Of a stretch of DNA of 64,000 nt, positions 41,201 through 56,059 are shown in pieces. The position numbers and the translations under genes are program-made. Source of the stretch: Auanema rhodensis (lineage: Eukaryota > Animalia > Nematoda); NCBI GenBank assembly GCA_964057225.1, contig OZ059897.1:17732001-17796000 (forward strand). The letters are read 5' to 3'. The notes beneath the pieces were generated by a model. It made no database searches and was not told the origin of the DNA. It was given only the letters and a program-made list of their open reading frames with translations. Positions within the stretch are counted from its first letter, which is position 1; every line of letters begins with the position of its first letter.

Positions 41201-44200
41201 AAAATTTCAAAATAGTTTAGCAAAAAGTAGATGTTTTTAGATTCCTTTTTTCAAGGCAAAGACGATGGACAATGTTATTCAACGAAAAAAACAATTCTTC
41301 AGGGTGAAAATCGAGGATATAAGTGTGAACTTATATCAGTTGATATATCGGTGCATTTTTAAGCTAGCGCAAATCTGATAACACAGATCGACGCAGCTTA
41401 CAAATCCGCATCGAATGCACTATATTACATTGAGAAACGCTTAATACAAAAATTAGTTATGATCGTTTGAAAAATGATGCATTAGTGTATGTTGAGTTTC
41501 CATGTACACTCAACATTGCTTCCAAAAAAATTTTGACAAAAATTTTTTCGAAAAATTTCAAAATAATTTAGCAAAAAGTAGATGTTTTTAGATTCCTTTT
41601 TTCAAGGCAAAGACGATGGACAATGTTATTCAACGAAAAAAACAATTCTTCAGGGTGAAAATCGAGGATATAAGTGTGAACTTATATCAGTTGATATATC
41701 GGTGCATTTTTAAGCTAGCGCAAATCTGATAACACAGATCGACGCAGCTTACAAATCCGCATCGAATGCACTATACTACATTGAGAAACGCTTAATACAA
41801 AAATTAGTTATGATCGTTTGAAAAATGATGCATTAGTGTATGTTGAGTTTCCATGTACACTCAACATTGCTTCCAAAAAAATTTTGACAAAAATTTTTTC
41901 GAAAAATTTCAAAATAATTTAGCAAAAAGTAGATGTTTTTAGATTCCTTTTTTCAAGGCAAAGACGATGGACAATGTTATTCAACGAAAAAAACAATTCT
42001 TCAGGGTGAAAATCGAGGATATAAGTGTGAACTTATATCAGTTGATATATCGGTGCATTTTTAAGCTAGCGCAAATCTGATAACACAGATCGACGCCGCT
42101 TACAAATCCGCATCGAATGCACTATACTACATTGAGAAACGCTTAATACAAAAATTAGTTATGATCGTTTGAAAAATGATGCATTAGTGTATGTTGAGTT
42201 TCCATGTACACTCAACATTGCTTCCAAAAAAATTTTGACAAAAATTTTTTCGAAAAATTTCAAAATAATTTAGCAAAAAATAGATGTTTTTAGATTCCTT
42301 TTTTCAAGGCAAAGACGATGGACAATGTTATTCAACGAAAAAATTAATTCTTCAGGGTGAAAATCGAGGATATAAGTGTGAACTTATATCAGTTGATATC
42401 TCGGTGCATTTTTAAGCTAGCGCAAATCTGATAACACAGATCGACGCAGCTTACAAATCCGCATCGAATGCACTATACTACATTGAGAAACGCTTAATAC
42501 AAAAATTAGTTATGATCGTTTGAAAAATGATGCATTAGTGTATGTTGAGTTTCCATGTACACTCAACATTGCTTCCAAAAAAATTTTGACAAAAATTTTT
42601 TCGAAAAATTTCAAAATAGTTTAGCAAAAAGTAGATGTTTTTAGATTCCTTTTTTCAAGGCAAAGACGATGGACAATGTTATTCAACGAAAAAAACAATT
42701 CTTCAGGGTGAAAATCGAGGATATAAGTGTGAACTTATATCAGTTGATATCTCGGTGCATTTTTAAGCTAGCGCAAATCTGATAACACAGATCGACGCAG
42801 CTTACAAATCCGCATCGAATGCACTATACTACATTGAGAAACGCTTAATACAAAAATTAGTTATGATCGTTTGAAAAATGATGCATTAGTGTATGTTGAG
42901 TTTCCATGTACACTCAACATTGCTTCCAAAAAAATTTTGACAAAAATTTTTTCGAAAAATTTCAAAATAGTTTAGCAAAAAGTAGATGTTTTTAGATTCC
43001 TTTTTTCAAGGCAAAGACGATGGACAATGTTATTCAACGAAAAAAACAATTCTTCAGGGTGAAAATCGAGGATATAAGTGTGAACTTATATCAGTTGATA
43101 TATCGGTGCATTTTTAAGCTAGCGCAAATCTGATAACACAGATCGACGCAGCTTACAAATCCGCATCGAATGCACTATATTACATTGAGAAACGCTTAAT
43201 ACAAAAATTAGTTATGATCGTTTGAAAAATGATGCATTAGTGTATGTTGAGTTTCCATGTACACTCAACATTGCTTCCAAAAAAATTTTGACAAAAATTT
43301 TTTCGAAAAATTTCAAAATAATTTAGCAAAAAGTAGATGTTTTTAGATTCCTTTTTTCAAGGCAAAGACGATGGACAATGTTATTCAACGAAAAAAACAA
43401 TTCTTCAGGGTGAAAATCGAGGATATAAGTGTGAACTTATATCAGTTGATATATCGGTGCATTTTTAAGCTAGCGCAAATCTGATAACACAGATCGACGC
43501 AGCTTACAAATCCGCATCGAATGCACTATACTACATTGAGAAACGCTTAATACAAAAATTAGTTATGATCGTTTGAAAAATGATGCATTAGTGTATGTTG
43601 AGTTTCCATGTACACTCAACATTGCTTCCAAAAAAATTTTGACAAAAATTTTTTCGAAAAATTTCAAAATAATTTAGCAAAAAGTAGATGTTTTTAGATT
43701 CCTTTTTTCAAGGCAAAGACGATGGACAATGTTATTCAACGAAAAAATTAATTCTTCAGGGTGAAAATCGAGGATATAAGTGTGAACTTATATCAGTTGA
43801 TATCTCGGTGCATTTTTAAGCTAGCGCAAATCTGATAACACAGATCGACGCAGCTTAAAAATCCGCATCGAATGCACTATACTACATTGAGAAACGCTTA
43901 ATACAAAAATTAGTTATGATCGTTTGAAAAATGATGCATTAGTGTATGTTGAGTTTCCATGTACACTCAACATTGCTTCCAAAAAAATTTTGACAAAAAT
44001 TTTTTCGAAAAATTTCAAAATAATTTAGCAAAAAGTAGATGTTTTTAGATTCCTTTTTTCAAGGCAAAGACGATGGACAATGTTATTCAACGAAAAAATT
44101 AATTCTTCAGGGTGAAAATCGAGGATATAAGTGTGAACTTATATCAGTTGATATCTCGGTGCATTTTTAAGCTAGCGCAAATCTGATAACACAGATCGAC

Positions 44201-47200
44201 GCAGCTTAAAAATCCGCATCGAATGCACTATACTACATTGAGAAACGCTTAATACAAAAATTAGTTATGATCGTTTGAAAAATGATGCATTAGTGTATGT
44301 TGAGTTTCCATGTACACTCAACATTGCTTCCAAAAAAATTTTGACAAAAATTTTTTCGAAAAATTTCAAAATAATTTAGCAAAAAGTAGATGTTTTTAGA
44401 TTCCTTTTTTCAAGGCAAAGACGATGGACAATGTTATTCAACGAAAAAATTAATTCTTCAGGGTGAAAATCGAGGATATAAGTGTGAACTTATATCAGTT
44501 GATATCTCGGTGCATTTTTAAGCTAGCGCAAATCTGATAACACAGATCGACGCAGGTTAAAAATCCGCATCGAATGCACTATACTACATTGAGAAACGCT
44601 TAATACAAAAATTAGTTATGATCGTTTGAAAAATGATGCATTAGTGTATGTTGAGTTTCCATGTACACTCAACATTGCTTCCAAAAACATTTTGACAAAA
44701 ATTTTTTCGAAAAATTTCAAAATAATTTAGCAAAAAGTAGATGTTTTTAGATTTCTTTTTTCAAGGCAAAGACGATGGACAATGTTATTCAACGAAAAAA
44801 TTAATTCTTCAGGGTGAAAATCGAGGATATAAGTGTGAACTTATATCAGTTGATATCTCGGTGCATTTTTAAGCTAGCGCAAATCTGATAACACAGATCG
44901 ACGCAGCTCAAAAATCCGCATCGAATGCACTGCACTACATTGAGAAACGCTTAATTCAAAAGTTAGTTATGATCGTTTGAAAAATGATGCATTAGTGTAT
45001 GTTGAGTTTCCATGTACACTCAACATTGCTTCCAAAAACATTTTGACAAAAATTTTTTCGAAAAATTTCAAAATAATTTAACAAAAAGTACATTTTTGTA
45101 GGTTCCTTTTTTCAAGGCAAAGACGATGGACAATGTTATTCAACGAAAAAATTAATTCTTCAGGGTGAAAATCGAGGATATAAGTGTGAACTTATATCAG
45201 TTGATATCTCGGTGCATTTTTAAGCTAGCGCAAATCTGATAACACAGATCGACGCAGCTTAAAAATCCGCATCGAATGCACTGCACTACATTGAGAAACA
45301 CTTAATACAAAAATTAGTTATGATCGTTTGAAAAATGATGCATTAGTGTATGTTGAGTTTCCATGTACACTCAACATTGCTTCCAAAAAAATTTTGACAA
45401 AAATTTTTTCGAAAAATTTCAAAATAGTTTAGCAAAAAGTAGATGTTTTTAGATTCCTTTTTTCAAGGCAAAGACGATGGACAATGTTATTCAACGAAAA
45501 AAACAATTCTTCAGGGTGAAAATCGAGGATATAAGTGTGAACTTATATCAGTTGATATATCGGTGCATTTTTAAGCTAGCGCAAATCTGATAACACAGAT
45601 CGACGCAGCTTACAAATCCGCATCGAATGCACTATATTACATTGAGAAACGCTTAATACAAAAATTAGTTATGATCGTTTGAAAAATGATGCATTAGTGT
45701 ATGTTGAGTTTCCATGTACACTCAACATTGCTTCCAAAAAAATTTTGACAAAAATTTTTTCGAAAAATTTCAAAATAATTTAGCAAAAAGTAGATGTTTT
45801 TAGATTCCTTTTTTCAAGGCAAAGACGATGGACAATGTTATTCAACGAAAAAAACAATTCTTCAGGGTGAAAATCGAGGATATAAGTGTGAACTTATATC
45901 AGTTGATATATCGGTGCATTTTTAAGCTAGCGCAAATCTGATAACACAGATCGACGCAGCTTACAAATCCGCATCGAATGCACTATACTACATTGAGAAA
46001 CGCTTAATACAAAAATTAGTTATGATCGTTTGAAAAATGATGCATTAGTGTATGTTGAGTTTCCATGTACACTCAACATTGCTTCCAAAAAAATTTTGAC
46101 AAAAATTTTTTCGAAAAATTTCAAAATAATTTAGCAAAAAGTAGATGTTTTTAGATTCCTTTTTTCAAGGCAAAGACGATGGACAATGTTATTCAACGAA
46201 AAAATTAATTCTTCAGGGTGAAAATCGAGGATATAAGTGTGAACTTATATCAGTTGATATCTCGGTGCATTTTTAAGCTAGCGCAAATCTGATAACACAG
46301 ATCGACGCAGCTTACAAATCCGCATCGAATGCACTATACTACATTGAGAAACGCTTAATACAAAAATTAGTTATGATCGTTTGAAAAATGATGCATTAGT
46401 GTATGTTGAGTTTCCATGTACACTCAACATTGCTTCCAAAAAAATTTTGACAAAAATTTTTTCGAAAAATTTCAAAATAGTTTAGCAAAAAGTAGATGTT
46501 TTTAGATTCCTTTTTTCAAGGCAAAGACGATGGACAATGTTATTCAACGAAAAAAACAATTCTTCAGGGTGAAAATCGAGGATATAAGTGTGAACTTATA
46601 TCAGTTGATATATCGGTGCATTTTTAAGCTAGCGCAAATCTGATAACACAGATCGACGCAGCTTACAAATCCGCATCGAATGCACTATATTACATTGAGA
46701 AACGCTTAATACAAAAATTAGTTATGATCGTTTGAAAAATGATGCATTAGTGTATGTTGAGTTTCCATGTACACTCAACATTGCTTCCAAAAAAATTTTG
46801 ACAAAAATTTTTTCGAAAAATTTCAAAATAATTTAGCAAAAAGTAGATGTTTTTAGATTCCTTTTTTCAAGGCAAAGACGATGGACAATGTTATTCAACG
46901 AAAAAAACAATTCTTCAGGGTGAAAATCGAGGATATAAGTGTGAACTTATATCAGTTGATATATCGGTGCATTTTTAAGCTAGCGCAAATCTGATAACAC
47001 AGATCGACGCAGCTTACAAATCCGCATCGAATGCACTATACTACATTGAGAAACGCTTAATACAAAAATTAGTTATGATCGTTTGAAAAATGATGCATTA
47101 GTGTATGTTGAGTTTCCATGTACACTCAACATTGCTTCCAAAAAAATTTTGACAAAAATTTTTTCGAAAAATTTCAAAATAATTTAGCAAAAAGTAGATG

Positions 47201-48800
47201 TTTTTAGATTCCTTTTTTCAAGGCAAAGACGATGGACAATGTTATTCAACGAAAAAAACAATTCTTCAGGGTGAAAATCGAGGATATAAGTGTGAACTTA
47301 TATCAGTTGATATATCGGTGCATTTTTAAGCTAGCGCAAATCTGATAACACAGATCGACGCCGCTTACAAATCCGCATCGAATGCACTATACTACATTGA
47401 GAAACGCTTAATACAAAAATTAGTTATGATCGTTTGAAAAATGATGCATTAGTGTATGTTGAGTTTCCATGTACACTCAACATTGCTTCCAAAAAAATTT
47501 TGACAAAAATTTTTTCGAAAAATTTCAAAATAATTTAGCAAAAAATAGATGTTTTTAGATTCCTTTTTTCAAGGCAAAGACGATGGACAATGTTATTCAA
47601 CGAAAAAATTAATTCTTCAGGGTGAAAATCGAGGATATAAGTGTGAACTTATATCAGTTGATATCTCGGTGCATTTTTAAGCTAGCGCAAATCTGATAAC
47701 ACAGATCGACGCAGCTTACAAATCCGCATCGAATGCACTATACTACATTGAGAAACGCTTAATACAAAAATTAGTTATGATCGTTTGAAAAATGATGCAT
47801 TAGTGTATGTTGAGTTTCCATGTACACTCAACATTGCTTCCAAAAAAATTTTGACAAAAATTTTTTCGAAAAATTTCAAAATAGTTTAGCAAAAAGTAGA
47901 TGTTTTTAGATTCCTTTTTTCAAGGCAAAGACGATGGACAATGTTATTCAACGAAAAAAACAATTCTTCAGGGTGAAAATCGAGGATATAAGTGTGAACT
48001 TATATCAGTTGATATATCGGTGCATTTTTAAGCTAGCGCAAATCTGATAACACAGATCGACGCAGCTTACAAATCCGCATCGAATGCACTATATTACATT
48101 GAGAAACGCTTAATACAAAAATTAGTTATGATCGTTTGAAAAATGATGCATTAGTGTATGTTGAGTTTCCATGTACACTCAACATTGCTTCCAAAAAAAT
48201 TTTGACAAAAATTTTTTCGAAAAATTTCAAAATAATTTAGCAAAAAGTAGATGTTTTTAGATTCCTTTTTTCAAGGCAAAGACGATGGACAATGTTATTC
48301 AACGAAAAAAACAATTCTTCAGGGTGAAAATCGAGGATATAAGTGTGAACTTATATCAGTTGATATATCGGTGCATTTTTAAGCTAGCGCAAATCTGATA
48401 ACACAGATCGACGCAGCTTACAAATCCGCATCGAATGCACTATACTACATTGAGAAACGCTTAATACAAAAATTAGTTATGATCGTTTGAAAAATGATGC
48501 ATTAGTGTATGTTGAGTTTCCATGTACACTCAACATTGCTTCCAAAAAAATTTTGACAAAAATTTTTTCGAAAAATTTCAAAATAATTTAGCAAAAAGTA
48601 GATGTTTTTAGATTCCTTTTTTCAAGGCAAAGACGATGGACAATGTTATTCAACGAAAAAATTAATTCTTCAGGGTGAAAATCGAGGATATAAGTGTGAA
48701 CTTATATCAGTTGATATCTCGGTGCATTTTTAAGCTAGCGCAAATCTGATAACACAGATCGACGCAGCTTAAAAATCCGCATCGAATGCACTATACTACA
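38259..48800 (+). repeat. Domain dominated by the AAACAATT / GATATATCGG / TTACAAATCC haplotype, containing a ~5.3-kb block duplication
   Basis: The linked variants occur in most units. Private SNPs (aatAGttt, gacgCcgc, aaaaaAtagatg) recur 5265 bp apart. Confidence 0.8.
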
Positions 48801-51800
48801 TTGAGAAACGCTTAATACAAAAATTAGTTATGATCGTTTGAAAAATGATGCATTAGTGTATGTTGAGTTTCCATGTACACTCAACATTGCTTCCAAAAAA
48901 ATTTTGACAAAAATTTTTTCGAAAAATTTCAAAATAATTTAGCAAAAAGTAGATGTTTTTAGATTCCTTTTTTCAAGGCAAAGACGATGGACAATGTTAT
49001 TCAACGAAAAAATTAATTCTTCAGGGTGAAAATCGAGGATATAAGTGTGAACTTATATCAGTTGATATCTCGGTGCATTTTTAAGCTAGCGCAAATCTGA
49101 TAACACAGATCGACGCAGGTTAAAAATCCGCATCGAATGCACTATACTACATTGAGAAACGCTTAATACAAAAATTAGTTATGATCGTTTGAAAAATGAT
49201 GCATTAGTGTATGTTGAGTTTCCATGTACACTCAACATTGCTTCCAAAAACATTTTGACAAAAATTTTTTCGAAAAATTTCAAAATAATTTAGCAAAAAG
49301 TAGATGTTTTTAGATTTCTTTTTTCAAGGCAAAGACGATGGACAATGTTATTCAACGAAAAAATTAATTCTTCAGGGTGAAAATCGAGGATATAAGTGTG
49401 AACTTATATCAGTTGATATCTCGGTGCATTTTTAAGCTAGCGCAAATCTGATAACACAGATCGACGCAGCTCAAAAATCCGCATCGAATGCACTGCACTA
49501 CATTGAGAAACGCTTAATTCAAAAGTTAGTTATGATCGTTTGAAAAATGATGCATTAGTGTATGTTGAGTTTCCATGTACACTCAACATTGCTTCCAAAA
49601 ACATTTTGACAAAAATTTTTTCGAAAAATTTCAAAATAATTTAACAAAAAGTACATTTTTGTAGGTTCCTTTTTTCAAGGCAAAGACGATGGACAATGTT
49701 ATTCAACGAAAAAATTAATTCTTCAGGGTGAAAATCGAGGATATAAGTGTGAACTTATATCAGTTGATATCTCGGTGCATTTTTAAGCTAGCGCAAATCT
49801 GATAACACAGATCGACGCAGCTTAAAAATCCGCATCGAATGCACTGCACTACATTGAGAAACACTTAATACAAAAATTAGTTATGATCGTTTGAAAAATG
49901 ATGCATTAGTGTATGTTGAGTTTCCATGTACACTCAACATTGCTTCCAAAAACATTTTGACAAAAATTTTTTCGAAAAATTTCAAAATAATTTAGCAAAA
50001 AGTAGATGTTTTTAGATTTCTTTTTTCAAGGCAAAGACGATGGACAATGTTATTCAACGAAAAAATTAATTCTTCAGGGTGAAAATCGAGGATATAAGTG
50101 TGAACTTATATCAGTTGATATATCGGTGCATTTTTAAGCTAGCGCAAATCTGATAACACAGATCGACGCAGCTTAAAAATCCGCATCGAATGCACTATAC
50201 TACATTGAGAAACACTTAATACAAAAATTAGTTATGATCGTTTGAAAAATGATGCTTTAGTGTATGTTGAGTTTCCATGTACACTCAACATTGCTTCCAA
50301 AAACATTTTGACAAAAATTTTTTCGAAAAATTTCAAAATAATTTAGCAAAAAGTAGATGTTTTTAGATTTCTTTTTTCAAGGCAAAGACGATGGACAATG
50401 TTATTCAACGAAAAAATTAATTCTTCAGGGTGAAAATCGAGGATATAAGTGTGAACTTATATCAGTTGATATATCGGTGCATTTTTAAGCTAGCGCAAAT
50501 CTGATAACACAGATCGACGCAGCTTAAAAATCCGCATCGAATGCACTATACTACATTGAGAAACGCTTAATACAAAAATTAGTTATGATCGTTTGAAAAA
50601 TGATGCATTAGTGTATGTTGAGTTTCCATGTACACTCAACATTGCTTCCAAAAACATTTTGACAAAAATTTTTTCGAAAAATTTCAAAATAATTTTGCAA
50701 AAAGTAGATGTTTTCAGATTTCTTTTTTCAAGGCAAAGACGATGGACAATGTTATTCAACGAAAAAATTAATTCTTCAGGGTGAAAATCGAGGATATAAG
50801 TGTGAACTTATATCAGTTGATATCTCGGTGCATTTTTAAGCTAGCGCAAATCTGATAACACAGATCGACGCAGCTTAAAAATCCGCATCGAATGCACTAT
50901 ACTACATTGAGAAACGCTTAATACAAAAATTAGTTATGATCGTTTGAAAAATGATGCATTAGTGTATGTTGAGTTTCCATGTACACTCAACATTGCTTCC
51001 AAAAACATTTTGACAAAAATTTTTTCGAAAAATTTCAAAATAATTTAGCAAAAAGTAGATGTTTTTAGATTCCTTTTTTCAAGGCAAAGACGATGGACAA
51101 TGTTATTCAACGAAAAAAACAATTCTTCAGGGTGAAAATCGAGGATATAAGTGTGAACTTATATCAGTTGATATATCGGTGCATTTTTAAGCTAGCGCAA
51201 ATCTGATAACACAGATCGACGCAGCTTACAAATCCGCATCGAATGCACTATACTACATTGAGAAACGCTTAATACAAAAATTAGTTATGATCGTTTGAAA
51301 AATGATGCATTAGTGTATGTTGAGTTTCCATGTACACTCAACATTGCTTCCAAAAAAATTTTGACAAAAATTTTTTCGAAAAATTTCAAAATAATTTAGC
51401 AAAAAGTAGATGTTTTTAGATTCCTTTTTTCAAGGCAAAGACGATGGACAATGTTATTCAACGAAAAAATTAATTCTTCAGGGTGAAAATCGAGGATATA
51501 AGTGTGAACTTATATCAGTTGATATCTCGGTGCATTTTTAAGCTAGCGCAAATCTGATAACACAGATCGACGCAGGTTAAAAATCCGCATCGAATGCACT
51601 ATACTACATTGAGAAACGCTTAATACAAAAATTAGTTATGATCGTTTGAAAAATGATGCATTAGTGTATGTTGAGTTTCCATGTACACTCAACATTGCTT
51701 CCAAAAACATTTTGACAAAAATTTTTTCGAAAAATTTCAAAATAATTTAGCAAAAAGTAGATGTTTTTAGATTTCTTTTTTCAAGGCAAAGACGATGGAC

Positions 51801-53351
51801 AATGTTATTCAACGAAAAAATTAATTCTTCAGGGTGAAAATCGAGGATATAAGTGTGAACTTATATCAGTTGATATCTCGGTGCATTTTTAAGCTAGCGC
51901 AAATCTGATAACACAGATCGACGCAGCTCAAAAATCCGCATCGAATGCACTGCACTACATTGAGAAACGCTTAATTCAAAAGTTAGTTATGATCGTTTGA
52001 AAAATGATGCATTAGTGTATGTTGAGTTTCCATGTACACTCAACATTGCTTCCAAAAACATTTTGACAAAAATTTTTTCGAAAAATTTCAAAATAATTTA
52101 ACAAAAAGTACATTTTTGTAGGTTCCTTTTTTCAAGGCAAAGACGATGGACAATGTTATTCAACGAAAAAATTAATTCTTCAGGGTGAAAATCGAGGATA
52201 TAAGTGTGAACTTATATCAGTTGATATCTCGGTGCATTTTTAAGCTAGCGCAAATCTGATAACACAGATCGACGCAGCTTAAAAATCCGCATCGAATGCA
52301 CTGCACTACATTGAGAAACACTTAATACAGAAATTAGTTATAATCGTTTGAAAAATGATGCATTAGTGTATGTTGAGTTTCCATGTACACTCAACATTGC
52401 TTCCAAAAACATTTTGACAAAAATTTTTTCGAAAAATTTCAAAATAATTTAGCAAAAAGTAGATGTTTTTAGATTTCTTTTTTCAAGGCAAAGACGATGG
52501 ACAATGTTATTCAACGAAAAAATTAATTCTTCAGGGTGAAAATCGAGGATATAAGTGTGAACTTATATCAGTTGATATCTCGGTGCATTTTTAAGCTAGC
52601 GCAAATCTGATAACACAGATCGACGCAGCTTAAAAATCCGCATCGAATGCACTATACTACATTGAGAAACGCTTAATACAAAAATTAGTTATGATCGTTT
52701 GAAAAATGATGCATTAGTGTATGTTGAGTTTCCATGTACACTCAACATTGCTTCCAAAAACATTTTGACAAAAATTTTTTCGGAAAATTTCAAAATAATT
52801 TAGCAAAAAGTAGATGTTTTTAGATTCCTTTTTCCAAGGCAAAGACGATGGACAATGTTATTCAACGAAAAAAACAATTTTTCAGGGTGAAAATCGAGGA
52901 TATAAGTGTGAACATATATCAGTTGATATATCGGTGCATTTTTAAGCTAGCGCAAATCTGATAACACAGATCGACGCAGCTTACAAATCCGCATCGAATG
53001 CACTATACTACATTGAGAAACGCTTAATACAAAAATTAGTTATGATCGTTTGAAAAATGATGCATTAGTGTATGTTGAGTTTCCATGTACACTCAACATT
53101 GCTTCCAAAAAAATTTTGACAAAAATTTTTTCGAAAAATTTCAAAATAATTTAGCAAAAAGTAGATGTTTTTAGATTCCTTTTTTCAAGGCAAAGACGAT
53201 GGACAATGTTATTCAACGAAAAAATTAATTCTTCAGGGTGAAAATCGAGGATATAAGTGTGAACTTATATCAGTTGATATCTCGGTGCATTTTTAAGCTA
53301 GCGCAAATCTGATAACACAGATCGACGCAGCTTAAAAATCCGCATCGAATG

Positions 53352-56059
53352 CACTATACTACATTGAGAAACGCTTAATACAAAAATTAGTTATGATCGT
53401 TTGAAAAATGATGCATTAGTGTATGTTGAGTTTCCATGTACACTCAATATTGCTTCCAAAAAAATTTCAAAATAATTTAGCAAAAAGTAGATGTTTTTAG
53501 ATTCCTTTTTTCAAGGCAAAGACGATGGACAATGTTATTCAACGAAAAAATTAATTCTTCAGGGTGAAAATCGAGGATATAAGTGTGAACATATATCAGT
53601 TGATATATCGGTGCATTTTTAAGCTAGCGCAAATCTGATAACACAGATCGACGCAGCTTAAAAATCCGCATCGAATGCACTGCACTACATTGAGAAACAC
53701 TTAATACAGAAATTAGTTATAATCGTTTGAAAAATGATGCATTAGTGTATGTTGAGTTTCCATGTACACTCAACATTGCTTCCAAAAACATTTTGACAAA
53801 AATTTTTTCGAAAAATTTCAAAATAATTTAGCAAAAAGTAGATGTTTTTAGATTTCTTTTTTCAAGGCAAAGACGATGGACAATGTTATTCAACGAAAAA
53901 ATTAATTCTTCAGGGTGAAAATCGAGGATATAAGTGTGAACTTATATCAGTTGATATCTCGGTGCATTTTTAAGCTAGCGCAAATCTGATAACACAGATC
54001 GACGCAGCTTAAAAATCCGCATCGAATGCACTATACTACATTGAGAAACGCTTAATACAAAAATTAGTTATGATCGTTTGAAAAATGATGCATTAGTGTA
54101 TGTTGAGTTTCCATGTACACTCAACATTGCTTCCAAAAACATTTTGACAAAAATTTTTTCGGAAAATTTCAAAATAATTTAGCAAAAAGTAGATGTTTTT
54201 AGATTACTTTTTCCAAGGCAAAGACGATGGACAATGTTATTCAACGAAAAAAACAATTTTTCAGGGTGAAAATCGAGGATATAAGTGTGAACATATATCA
54301 GTTGATATATCGGTGCATTTTTAAGCTAGCGCAAATCTGATAACACAGATCGACGCAGCTTACAAATCCGCATCGAATGCACTATACTACATTGAGAAAC
54401 GCTTAATACAAAAATTAGTTATGATCGTTTGAAAAATGATGCATTAGTGTATGTTGAGTTTCCATGTACACTCAACATTGCTTCCAAAAAAATTTTGACA
54501 AAAATTTTTTCGAAAAATTTCAAAATAATTTAGCAAAAAGTAGATGTTTTTAGATTCCTTTTTTCAAGGCAAAGACGATGGACAATGTTATTCAACGAAA
54601 AAATTAATTCTTCAGGGTGAAAATCGAGGATATAAGTGTGAACTTATATCAGTTGATATCTCGGTGCATTTTTAAGCTAGCGCAAATCTGATAACACAGA
54701 TCGACGCAGCTTAAAAATCCGCATCGAATGCACTATACTACATTGAGAAACGCTTAATACAAAAATTAGTTATGATCGTTTGAAAAATGATGCATTAGTG
54801 TATGTTGAGTTTCCATGTACACTCAATATTGCTTCCAAAAAAATTTCAAAATAATTTAGCAAAAAGTAGATGTTTTTAGATTCCTTTTTTCAAGGCAAAG
54901 ACGATGGACAATGTTATTCAACGAAAAAATTAATTCTTCAGGGTGAAAATCGAGGATATAAGTGTGAACATATATCAGTTGATATATCGGTGCATTTTTA
55001 AGCTAGCGCAAATCTGATAACACAGATCGACGCAGCTTACAAATCCGCATCGAATGCACTATACTACATTGAGAAACGCTTAATACAAAAATTAGTTATG
55101 ATCGTTTGAAAAATGATGCATTAGTGTATGTTGAGTTTCCATGTACACTCAATATTGCTTCCAAAAAAATTTCAAAATAATTTAGCAAAAAGTAGATGTT
55201 TTTAGATTCCTTTTTCCAAGGCAAAGACGATGGACAATGTTATTCAACGAAAAAAACAATTTTTCAGGGTGAAAATCGAGGATATAAGTGTGAACATATA
55301 TCAGTTGATATATCGGTGCATTTTTAAGCTAGCGCAAATCTGATAACACAGATCGACGCAGCTTACAAATCCGCATCGAATGCACTATACTACATTGAGA
55401 AACGCTTAATACAAAAATTAGTTATGATCGTTTGAAAAATGATGCATTAGTGTATGTTGAGTTTCCATGTACACTCAACATTGCTTCCAAAAAAATTTTG
55501 ACAAAAATTTTTTCGAAAAATTTCAAAATAATTTAGCAAAAAGTAGATGTTTTTAGATTCCTTTTTTCAAGGCAAAGACGATGGACAATGTTATTCAACG
55601 AAAAAATTAATTCTTCAGGGTGAAAATCGAGGATATAAGTGTGAACTTATATCAGTTGATATCTCGGTGCATTTTTAAGCTAGCGCAAATCTGATAACAC
55701 AGATCGACGCAGCTTAAAAATCCGCATCGAATGCACTATACTACATTGAGAAACGCTTAATACAAAAATTAGTTATGATCGTTTGAAAAATGATGCATTA
55801 GTGTATGTTGAGTTTCCATGTACACTCAATATTGCTTCCAAAAAAATTTCAAAATAATTTAGCAAAAAGTAGATGTTTTTAGATTCCTTTTTTCAAGGCA
55901 AAGACGATGGACAATGTTATTCAACGAAAAAATTAATTCTTCAGGGTGAAAATCGAGGATATAAGTGTGAACTTATATCAGTTGATATCTCGGTGCATTT
56001 TTAAGCTAGCGCAAATCTGATAACACAGATCGACGCAGGTTAAAAATCCGCATCGAATG
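53352..56059 (+). repeat. Region holding four 326-bp monomers with a 25-bp deletion (starts 53352, 54731, 55057, 55734)
   Basis: The junction reads cttccaaaaaaatttcaaaataat and unit spacing drops to 326 bp. Confidence 0.95.
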
